DNA of 60,545 bases, counting the filler, from Dugesia japonica (Eukaryota): NCBI GenBank assembly GCA_001938525.1. It is 6 parts of 6 records of this genome, joined end to end, with 100 filler letters (N's around TTAATTAATTAA, not from the genome) between each part and the next. Parts side by side here need not be neighbours in the genome. Positions count along the whole stretch, not along the records: positions 40,762 to 50,570 come from MQRL01604488.1; positions 50,671 to 60,545 come from MQRL01643801.1; 4 more parts are not named here. One strand, written 5' to 3'. Of this stretch, positions 50,524 to 60,545 are shown in pieces (position 1 is the first letter of the stretch; each line of letters starts with the position of its first letter). A model generated the notes under the pieces. That model ran no database searches and was not told where the DNA came from. It was given only the letters and a program-made list of their open reading frames with translations. The position numbers and the translations under genes were made by a program.

Positions 50524-51574
50524 GTAAGTTATTAATTAATGATTGTTACAAAATCTAATTAAATAAATTGNNNNNNNNNNNNNNNNNNNNNNNNNNNNNN
50601 NNNNNNNNNNNNNNTTAATTAATTAANNNNNNNNNNNNNNNNNNNNNNNNNNNNNNNNNNNNNNNNNNNNTGTGCCTTCGGGTATTTACATTGGAAAAGT
50701 TATGTAATAAATTTTTACACACGGGGGGGGGGGCTCTGCATGTGAGCTGGCTATTCCCGCCACTATCTATCTACTAAAGTAGGAAAAAGAATCATTGAAA
50801 TCACAACTGCATGATGTTTGAAAGACAAACCATGTACTCAAAGATAAAATGACTATTGGATACTGATTGACGTATTGAAGACTTACACCGATCGATAGCA
50901 GGCTCTGTTCCAGTGCCTCAAGATGTTTATGGGTCTCTTTAGGTTGAACAATCACAACAGCAACCTGCAGAATTGAGATATATGAGTACTAATTATAATG
51001 ACTACTTTATATCATAATAGTGAAATTATTTAATATCAGAATAAGAATGTGATATTGTACCCAATTAAATATTAATATCATGGTTTTGTATTCGCTAAGA
51101 GATAGTGATTAATTGAAAGAGCAACGCCGCATTAAACCTTATCAGGTGACAATTGATTCATTTATGGGAATGATAGTCAGGTGTCCAATTATCCGGATTT
51201 GCTTACCCTAATGAAGTCTAGGAATCCACACACTTTGTGAAATATGCAGAATTACTAGATGACTCCAAAGACGAACATGAGACATTTGTTAATGCTTGTG
51301 GATTCATGAGGGATCCTCTTAGCCTAGAAAGTAAGAAAAGAACAGACCTAAAAATAAACCCAGTGGTATCTTTTTTTCTTTGTTTTTATTCAAAATTTAT
51401 TAAAGTTTAAAAACTTTGAAAGAGTTAATGAAAATTATTCTAAAAATGACCAAGAAAAATATTCAAAAATGATTAACTTCAATGATGATGATTTTAAAAT
51501 TTTTAATGAAAATTTGTAAACTTTCAATGAAAGTTATTTTAAAAAAGAACAAGAAAAATTTATGAAAGCAGATA

Positions 51575-51770
51575 ATTTAAAAATTTGGACCATGCGGCAC
51601 CAATATTTGTATGCATAGAGAATGATGTTTGCAAAATTAAATTCCCGAAAGACTTCAACGAAGTGACGATACCAAATGTAAGTGGCTATTAAGTGTACAG
51701 ACGTCGCCGAAGTGAACGAGCTTTAGTCCGAGTTGTATGGATGGACAATCGTTTCGTAAAATACCTAGTG
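51575..51770 (+). mobile_element. Helitron Rep domain fragment
   Basis: GPCG...CKIKFPKDFNEVT...GY*VYRRR...MDNRFV. Confidence 0.75.
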
Positions 51771-51989
51771 TTAAATTACTTTTTAAATAATGTTTTGAGG
51801 ATATAAAATTTACTTGTGACGTCCTTACTTGATTTACAGTTACAATTATTGCGATAATAATTTTTGGACGTAACCATTGATCGTTTTTCCAAATTCATTA
51901 AAATAAATTAAAAGCTTCAATCAATTTATTTTTATTTTTAATAATATTTAAAATAAATTTAAGAAATACTTGTTGTTTACCATTCAACA

Positions 51990-52400
51990 GTGTTCATATA
52001 TTTACATCAACTTGGAATGACTACCAAAATTGATGGAAGAGGCGGCATCAATTTACGGAGAAAACTTTAGAAGACATAATTTCGGCTTGCAATTCTCTAT
52101 TTAAGCGTAGCAAAATTATAGACCACACCTGCCTTTGACCACCCGACAGAAACTTCTACAATTGAACTGGAATATTTTAATTCATCCACTGTACTCACCT
52201 GACCTTGCGTCCTTCGACTATCATTCATTTAAACTGCTTCAAAATAATTTACGTGATAAGAACNTTTCTTGCTTGGAAGATTGAAAATGCTATTTGAATC
52301 AGTTCATCGGCATAAATCTCAGAGTTTCTGAGTGCAGTATTATGCGGCAACCAGACAGATGGAGGAAGGTCATTCAACAGATGAAACTTAATTTGTTTTA
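51990..52400 (+). mobile_element. mariner transposase catalytic C-terminus remnant
   Basis: LNWNILIHPLYSPDLASFDYHSFKLLQNNL; PDRWRKVI. Confidence 0.9.
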
Positions 52401-53019
52401 AATAAAATGATTATTTAACTTTTGTATGAACAGATCTAATATATCATTTACAAAAGTGAAGATAGATCTTTTACGAAAATTTAAGGATTTCTTGCCTTTG
52501 AGATTTAAATATTTTATTTGTATCAAATAAATCTTTTATGCATGTTTCTTTTTACTATGCTAAAGTTATTTAAATAAACTTGTTCAAAAGTCATTAATCT
52601 TATCATTTATCAGTGTAAAATCGGATATCACTTCATCTTGGAAAATATATATTTGTGATTAGATGCTCTCATTCTCAAATTCAAAAATCCTCTTTTTTAA
52701 ACTTACTTGTGATATCCCTGCCCAGTAATGATATAAAGCAGTGGTTTCAAATCACTGAATTGAAGAATTTTATTCTTTGATATAACCATTACATAATAAG
52801 TTTTATTGATCAACTTATTCAAAGGGTCAATATAACTATTTTCACTTTTCTAGAAATAACTAAATGGCTGTAAGAAAAGGAAATTATTTATTGAATAAAT
52901 ACACAATTACCTTATATTAAATTGGTATCTCTTAATTATAATTTGCTTACCGATATTCATAAAGATATCAACTAATTTGATCTCTCGTAATTATTAATCG
53001 ATAAAGAAACATTGCTTTA

Positions 53020-53913
53020 CTAAGGTGGATTTAGAACCTCTGCCGATATCAAGTAAACATTAACGACAGTCACTGCGTCACAGTATGTAAAAGTTAAAGA
53101 AATAATCTTGTCAACTCCTTTTTCAAACAGGCATCTACTACCAACCAAAACTCCTTGGCCAGAACATTCGATTACTGATGTATGTACAACAATTTTATAC
53201 TGTGTAAACTTTCCAAAATATCTTTGAATATATTTACATAAAATTACAGCCAATATTTTTCCCATAAAAATTTTCTTTAAAGAATCATAAACACATCCAG
53301 TCATAAAGCCTTGAGTTTTCTGTTCTAGAATAGATTTCAACCGATCGCATCTCAATAATTTTTGCAATTCTAATAATCTAATGTGTCTTCCAGATAATTT
53401 GGCTCTAGAACCTTTATTCTTTTTCGGATATAATAATTCAAATTCTTTTTTCTCCTTTAAAAATTTTATTTTCCTACGTAATAAATTTTGAAAACAAAAC
53501 AATCCGTACATATTATTGTACAATAATTCTTGTTGGTGTTGCCTTAAAGCTTCAGAATTATCTTCAGGTTCCTCAACAGGAAGTAATGATGACTTTCCTT
53601 CTTTTTTACTCGATCCTAATTTGGTCTTCTTTGGTTTCTTTTGTGTCCGGGATTTCTTACTACTTTTATTTTGATTAATATCCAATTGTAAAGATTTCAA
53701 AGGAATTTTTAATCTATTACTAAAATTTAAATTAAGTTCTTCATTAATTTTGTTGAATTTTGTTTTATTTTTCATGTCTAATCTTAATAGAGTTTTATCT
53801 ACATTTTCCATATCTGAATATTTTCGTTCCGGTAAAAAAGAAGAGTCTTGGCGATATTTTAATAACTTCTTTAACAAATATTCTTTTTTATGAAAATCAA
53901 TAGCTTTATTCAT
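53020..53913 (-). CDS. Tctex1-domain-containing dynein light chain-like protein, 297 aa, single exon
   Basis: C-terminal YKIVVHTSVIECSGQGVLVGSRCLFEKGVD...VVNVYLI; Lys-rich N-terminal extension. Confidence 0.85.
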   Translation of the reverse strand: MNKAIDFHKKEYLLKKLLKYRQDSSFLPERKYSDMENVDKTLLRLDMKNKTKFNKINEELNLNFSNRLKIPLKSLQLDINQNKSSKKSRTQKKPKKTKLGSSKKEGKSSLLPVEEPEDNSEALRQHQQELLYNNMYGLFCFQNLLRRKIKFLKEKKEFELLYPKKNKGSRAKLSGRHIRLLELQKLLRCDRLKSILEQKTQGFMTGCVYDSLKKIFMGKILAVILCKYIQRYFGKFTQYKIVVHTSVIECSGQGVLVGSRCLFEKGVDKIISLTFTYCDAVTVVNVYLISAEVLNPP

Positions 53914-54854
53914 TAGTTAATATAAAATAATTAATAATTTGAATGATTTTATTTTGATTTTAAAATTGAATTTCAATAATAGAAAGCACGAATAGTAATG
54001 ATGATTATGAAGAAAACAAAAAAATTTATTTTAACTTGCTTATATATGCTAATAAAAAAATATGTTTCAGCGAAATTTTGCTCGAATAATAAAATATAGT
54101 TATACGTTCATAATTTTGAGCAATGTTAAAAAAATCTAACACTAGAATTTAAGTAACAGTTATAGATAATAAACAATAAAATACTGAAATGAGTTTTCAT
54201 TACTTTTACAATTCTCAACGACTAGGGGAAACTCATGGAGACCACAAACATTTAATGAATGTCCAAACTTCGTATTTAAAGTGTTTCTAGTGACTATCAT
54301 TTCCAAATTTAAATCTCTTCGCTCATGAGATATATTTTCCTGATTTATTTGTATTACTCATCTCCGTACTTTTAGATTTTGAAGGCATTTCTTGGTTTCC
54401 ACACTTATGGTTGTCTAAATATCAAATGGTAAGAAATTATAGGTTTTATGACACGCATATCGCTGTTCACTTTTGTTTTCAAATTATCATTCCTGTTATC
54501 TGATGTGTATTATTTCTAAAAACATTTCAATTCATTTCAAATTCCTCAATTTAGTTTTTAATACCCGTTTAATATTTGCAAGTGTTGCAAGTGGTTAAAT
54601 CAGTATTACATTTGTTTAAGTCGTTTTTCATTTGATGAAGTCAGTGTAACAATCAATTAAGTCACTATTGAAATTGATAAATTCAGTGTTATTTGTATAA
54701 AAATTAAAATAAATTTATTTAAAAATTAAAAAAGAAATTAAAGGTTGCTTCATAGAATTTAATTCAATAGTTTTGTTGTGGTAGAACACTGGGTATAAGA
54801 AGTTAATAATAGGGTAACCAGAAATTTGACATAAAATATTTTTAACATAAAATT

Positions 54855-55290
54855 CAAGGTGCTATGCAATCTAAACATGGGAATATTTGGAAATTTATTA
54901 AATTCATTAAAAGAGATGAATGTGAAAACGAGCGATCGATTATACAATTATATGGTGGACACAGAAAACTCGAGCATCCAATTACGAAAAAATATCGGAT
55001 AAACAACTGTCGAATTCCAAATTTAGGAATTTATGATGAATTTAAAAGAAACCACGAAGTTCTAGTTTATTTGCAGCAGATAGGCAACGAGCCAGAAGAT
55101 GAAGAAATCACAATTAAATAAATAGTTTTTTATTTAAAATAAATTTTATGTTTAATAAATAGTTTTAAAACAGTTTTTTATGTAAAATATTTTTTATGTC
55201 AAATAAATTTTGTCAAAGATTTTTATGCCGAATAAGTATTATATCAATTAAATTGTATGTCAAAGATTTTTTATGTCAAATGTCTGTGGA
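54855..55290 (+). mobile_element. MULE transposase C-terminus plus repetitive terminus
   Basis: KHGNIWKFIKFIKRDE (HPNIWKFI-like); TTTTATGTCAAA tandem units at 55140-55280. Confidence 0.6.
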
Positions 55291-55940
55291 TCAATAATAG
55301 CGATGGGTAGAGATGAAATAAAAAAGAGGATATGATAAAGAAAAATAACGAAACCAAAAAATGGGAGGTCAAATATTAGTTAAAGAGAGAAATAATCAAA
55401 ATAAAACCAGGATTAGCGAATTAAAACATATGCAATAACCAAAGAAATCTTGAAACAAAAAAGAAAAAACTTGGAAACAAGGAAACCATTGAAGAAAGAA
55501 AACGACGGAAGACACTAGCAGACCGAGAAGACAAAGAAATAATAATTCGAGTAAATAATTTATTAAGAAGAATAAAAAAATCGAATTAAATTAATAATTA
55601 CAGATGAAAAAAATAAATGAAATTAATTATCTGTGGAAAGAAATGTCTAAATTAAATTAAATTTTAATTTTGAGACGAGAAATGGCAACCCAATTAATAA
55701 ATTAAGTAAGAAAAAAACAATTAATTTATTTAATAAAATAAATTATCCAAATTAAAATGACTTATTATTAAAAGAAATTAATTTACAAGAAAAACGAAAA
55801 TAGAAAAAAATGAAAGCTTTCCAGTAAGGTAAAAGCAGCAGTTAAGAAAATTATAGTCAAAAAAACGTCGTAGAATTCAAAAATTTGCGTTACAAAATCA
55901 TAACTCAGCCAAGAAAGAAGTTACCAGGGTTTTAAGATCA

Positions 55941-56106
55941 ACCAATTAGATTCCAACAGTTTTGGAATTCTAAAATTTTGACCAATAAGAAGAACTCAGA
56001 TGTCAGAAATTGAATAATCCAACCAATAGGAACGTTAGAAAAATTGAACGCTGTTGATTAGCCAATAGAAAGAAAGATGGCTTACCAGAAAACTGGTATA
56101 AATACC
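55941..56106 (+). promoter_or_regulatory. Four CCAAT boxes at ~40-bp spacing followed by TATAAATA
   Basis: CCAAT at 55942, 55982, 56023, 56062; TATA box 56097-56104. Confidence 0.6.
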
Positions 56107-56944
56107 GTCGCAATTTTCAGAACAAAATCAATCAAAAGGTTTAATCAAATTAATTGAATCACTAGTAAAAGGGTAATTAGTTGATAAAAATTGTTCTTGC
56201 AACGGATTCTGGCTTAGAAAATCTACGGAATATGTATGGGCCCCGGAGTATGATAAAATCACTAAGTATACGAGGAAGTGTGTAATCGAAAAAGGAATAT
56301 ATCGTATCGGTGTGCAACTACATTAAGATACACATTGATTATACTAGTCTGCAAATATAACAGTCGGATTCTAGTAGGTGTGTTAATTCGGACATAGAAG
56401 AATCATCTATCGGGTTGTCCTGGTGATTCTAATTACACCTATGCATTTGTAGCACATAGACTTTTGAGCAGTGGTTAGAAACAATTTTTTCAATCGAATC
56501 GTCGTGGTGATTCCAATGTGCTTGCTTCGGATGGATCTGCAGTCCACGTTAGTTTTGTTTGATTTGTGTAAATTATTATTTATTCTGTAATCAGTGAAAT
56601 TTTAGTAATGATAATATAATTTTCATTAAATAAATTCTTTTGTTTAATAGTAAAAAATTTCACCATTAAAAGTTTTATAATTAATTACCTTTTGTTAATG
56701 ATATTTATTATTAATTAATATGATTAATTAAAACTTTTCTTAATGATGCCTTGCAGTAACGTTTAATTAATGTTTTATTAGTTTCATTCATAGTAATGAT
56801 GTTTTATGGGTTTGGATAGATGGTTTTCGCTAGAAGGGTAGTGGCGCCACGGCCCAGTCGTATGCGTTATCGTGGCATAGGGGTACAGATGAGGAGTATG
56901 GTCTGACTAAATCTGAATTTTGTAATATTAAAATGAAAATTATA

Positions 56945-57470
56945 AACGGTTTTGATTCTAATTGGAGTAAAAGATTAAGACCAGGTGATGTTATTGTTGT
57001 TGATGATCTGTATCAGGAGGCNNNNNNNNNNNNNNNNNNNNNNNNNNNNNNNNNNNNNNNNNNNNNNNNNNGATTCTAATTGGAGTAAAAGATTAAGACC
57101 AGGTGATGTTATTGTTGTTGATGATCTGTATCAGGAGGCAAACAATAAAAGAATGGAGACATCGTAATCTGACTGTGATATTTATAACTCAAAATCTATT
57201 TCATCAAGGAGGTAGTCATAGAACCCGTAATTTAAACGTACAATATTTCTTTTTATTCAAAAATCCTAGAGATCAAACTGTTGTTGGTTTTCTAGCAAGC
57301 AAGCATATCCAAATGACAGAAAATTTCTTATTGAATCATTTCAAGATTTAACAGAAAAACCACATGGATATCTATTTCTTGACTTTACGCAATAATGTCC
57401 AGGTGATTATAGGGTGAGAACGGATATATTAAACCCTAATGATATCACAGTATATAAACAAAACAGGTAA
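56945..57470 (+). mobile_element. Maverick family A packaging ATPase (C-terminal half, frameshifted)
   Basis: Walker B VIVVDD; RHRNLTVIFITQNLFHQG...RT..LNVQY..LFKNPRD; KPHGYLFLD. Confidence 0.92.
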
Positions 57471-57490
57471 TTTTTATAATATTATATAAA

Positions 57491-57718
57491 ATAGCAAAGT
57501 TTAAGAAAATTGTAGTTGAAATAGTTACTGGTGGTGAGGTTGTTAAACAACAAAAAAAGCTGGTTTTGAAGAAAAAGACGAAACAATCTTATAGGAAAAA
57601 ATCCCACAAGAAACAATCTCATAAGAAAACGTATGTAAATAAAAAAAACAATTGAAAACCTTTCAAAAAGTAGTGGAAAGAAACTGGAAATGGTGAATGG
57701 AAAATGGATATCATTATA
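57491..57718 (+). pseudogene. Maverick small Lys-rich basic protein (putative core protein)
   Basis: KKKTKQSYRKKSHKKQSHKK; homolog with ATG at 17746 (-). Confidence 0.55.
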
Positions 57719-57755
57719 AACAATTAACTGGTATGTCTTTGTTATTGAAATAAAA

Positions 57756-58063
57756 ATGAAATTAAAAAGAAGTATTCCGTTTTTTACTACTTTGATTAAA
57801 TAATCAAAATCAATGAGAGTGAGAATTTTGGACTTATTTCCACCATATTTTATGGATGATTTACTTGAGATTATTGTAAATATTATTCGTGGTAATGTAA
57901 ATTTAAGCGAAGCTAAAAAGAAAACATTGAAAAAACATAAAAAGCTTTACTATCGCTTGTAAATACAAAAAATAGAAGATTGATGAGGAAAATAATACGA
58001 GATAATCAAGGTGGTGGATTTATAGCAGCATTACTACCAATTGCATTAGCAGCATTAGGCTAA
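57756..58063 (+). pseudogene. Maverick/adintovirus pX-like small virion protein
   Basis: NIIRGNVNLS..KK.LKKHK...NQGGGFIAALLPIALAALG*; one stop and one frameshift. Confidence 0.7.
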
Positions 58064-58171
58064 ACTCATTTTAAATAAACAATTTACCCTTTTGACCAAT
58101 ATATTAATAAACAATGGTTGGATTGTAATCATTACCTAATTTTGACTTAAAATTTGCATCGAATTGTTGTA

Positions 58172-59190
58172 ATGGGAAAACTAAAGACAATATGGAAGCG
58201 TAGAAAAATTGATGAAAGCAGCTCAAAAAACGAAAAGAGGGACGAAAAAGTGGTTATTGGGTCAGCAAGTGTACAGTCTGAACAAGCCGATGTTGAAAAG
58301 ATTTCCAACAAGAGCATATAAAACATATGGTATTGATGATTTATGGCAAATGGATCTAATGGAGAAGATTCCATATTCAAAAATTAATAAATGGTACAAG
58401 TATATTTTGACATGTATCGATGTATTCAGTAGATTTGCAAGAGCTGTTCCTGTTAAATCAAAATCTGCTAATGATATGGAACCAGCAATNNNNTCAATGT
58501 TTAAAAATGGACATCCAGATAATTTACAAACGGATTTGGGTAAGGAATTTTACAATTCCAAGGTGAAACAACTTATAAATAATCTATCTATAAACCATTA
58601 TAGTGTATTCTCTCAGTATAAAGCTGCACATGTAGAGAGATTTAATCGCACATTGAGAGATGCATTGAAATAGTACTTTGTACATGTTGGTAAAAGGACT
58701 TGGATAAATGTTTTACCGAAACTTATTCACAGTTATAATCATTTTGGTCATAAGGGATTAAATGGAGTAAGACAGGTTGATGTAAGTACAAACAATCAAT
58801 TAAAGTTATGGTTATTACGTAAACAACCAAAAGCAATTAAAAAACCGAAGTATAAAGTTAGCGATCATGTGAGAATCTCGAAAATATCAGCTTCACCATT
58901 TATCAAGAATTTCAATAGTAATTGGAGTGATGAAGTGTTTCAAATAACAAAAATCAACATGAAACAAAATCCGGTCATGTATGCCATTAAAGATTATGAA
59001 GCTAATATCGTGCAAGGAAAATTCTTTGAGCAAGAATTACAAGTCATTCCACCACCAGAGATATTTAGAATAAAAACAATAACCAAATCAAAGGGATCAA
59101 GAAAGAATAAACACTACTGTGTAAAGTGGCATGGATACGAAAAACCAAGTTGGATATTAACATCACAAATAGTCAATCAAGAAGAAAATT
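58172..59190 (+). mobile_element. Maverick rve integrase with C-terminal chromodomain
   Basis: LWQMDL; YILTCIDVFSRFA; LQTDLGKEF; HVERFNRTL; NWSDEVF; YCVKWHGY. Confidence 0.95.
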
Positions 59191-59194
59191 CAGA

Positions 59195-59810
59195 TAAAAT
59201 CGAGTCATTTCTATACACTTTTACCGAGTAATATCCACTGATTCATCCTGAGAATAATGCTAGTAAATTCATTGTTGAGCTACAAAATCCAATTTATTTG
59301 GATGGTAGTTGGGAAGATGCCATGATGGACTTTACCTTTCTATATTCAACATTTCCGGTAAAGAGCATGTCTAAAATTGAATACATCACTGCAAAAAATA
59401 TATGGAATGAAATAACTGTAACAAAAAATAACAAGGAAAAAACAATTAGTGTTGATAAAAATAAAAATTTGGAAATTTTTGAAAATAATCTCATAAGATT
59501 TAATTGCTGTTTTTCATATGTTGTCATATTTGAAGATGCACATATCGCACACTCATTGGGATTAGAATTTAAATATAACAAATTATCAAAGAAATTTGGT
59601 CATATCTATACAAACTTTACAAATGATGATACAGTACAAAAAGTAAAAATTAAAGTAGCTTATACAGTGGTGAATTATCAGACTTTTCAGTTTAAAGATG
59701 ATATATACATATCAAAATTGGAACAATTAAGTAAATATTGGACAGAAAATTGTACTCAAATATTTAAGAAATTTTCCTCCAAATTGTGCTTTAAAATGTG
59801 TAGTGGTGCC
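59195..59810 (+). mobile_element. Maverick minor capsid (penton) N-terminal part
   Basis: HPENNASKFIVELQNPIYLDGSWE, typical of the Polinton penton N-terminus. Confidence 0.8.
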
Positions 59811-59819
59811 ACTATTTAC

Positions 59820-60545
59820 ATATTTTCCTCTTTCGTTTTTATTGTATACACTTTTTCTTCATGACATATTCTGTAATTGTAAATGTTATTTTAATTATTC
59901 TTCAAAGATTTCCATATAATATTTTTGTTTCATAAAATCGTACACCTTCTGAAATCTAGCGTGACATAATTTCTTGTGCGTTTCCGTAATGATGTCATTT
60001 TGTTTATCTTTATGAACATATATTTTATTATTTTTAAAAACAATTCCGTCTTGATATTCAAATTTTACTGTCTCTTTACTATGAATCTTATTTATTTTTT
60101 CATTAATTTCCTCATTATTATTCTGCATTTCATATTTAATGATATTTTTATTTACAACTAATATACGAGTTTGTGCTTTTCTAGTTTTAGCATCAGCTTA
60201 TTTCATATTACATTGTTTACACAGCTGGTTATTCAATGTTTATAAAGCATTTGCGTTTGAATGCTTCTCTTTTCTGTACTCCAACTTAATATTTGAACTA
60301 CTAAGAAAATTTATCCTATTTTGAAATTGAGCTGTAATTTGTTTTTGTGGTTGTTAACATAAAAGTTATCGCTTTATGGTCTGTTCGCAATACAAATTGT
60401 TTTCCGTAAAAATAATGCTTAAAGTGTTGAGTAAAGTGAAATACTGAAGGTAATTTTTTTCTCGTAATGCAATATCCAACTTCATGTTTTGACATACTTT
60501 TTGAAACGTAAGCAATGACTTTTTCTCTTCCGAAATTATCTTTTT
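59820..60545 (-). mobile_element. Ty3/gypsy RNase H and integrase zinc-finger fragment
   Basis: FKHYFYGKQFVLRTDHKA; THKKLCHARFQKVY. Confidence 0.9.

Noticed and set aside
50671-51350. Possible spliced minus-strand gene (VAVVIVQPKETHKHLEALEQSLLSIG)
   Set aside because: Splice-like signals are present but there is no recognisable homology and no consistent multi-exon frame.

Overview
AT-rich, gap-ridden eukaryotic (invertebrate metazoan) draft sequence with 40-70 bp spliceosomal introns. The organism cannot be fixed from sequence alone; a planarian-type flatworm is only a guess. The window is not one locus: five identical 100-bp linkers (N44-TTAATTAATTAA-N44) join six separate pieces (1-10311, 10412-18682, 18783-28458, 28559-40661, 40762-50570, 50671-60545). 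Most of it is decayed mobile DNA: Ty3/gypsy LTR elements with a tRNA-Leu PBS, at least two Maverick/Polinton lineages (packaging ATPase, integrase, penton, major capsid and pPolB remnants), Penelope-like, mariner, MULE, hAT, pogo and Helitron fragments. Host-type genes are TTC17 (intronless, truncated), a mitofusin-like GTPase, an intronless double-RING protein, an Ig-superfamily gene fragment and a Tctex1-domain gene. Three observations stand out. (1) The mitofusin-like GTPase has an N-terminal array of 11 tandem, frame-symmetric 54-57-nt exons. (2) An unnamed small-gene module and an E2F-site control region recur as diverged copies in four pieces, probably as Maverick cargo. (3) An inverted pair of minimal hammerhead-ribozyme motifs sits in a Penelope-type repeat directly upstream of the double-RING ORF. 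All translations and alignments were done by eye.
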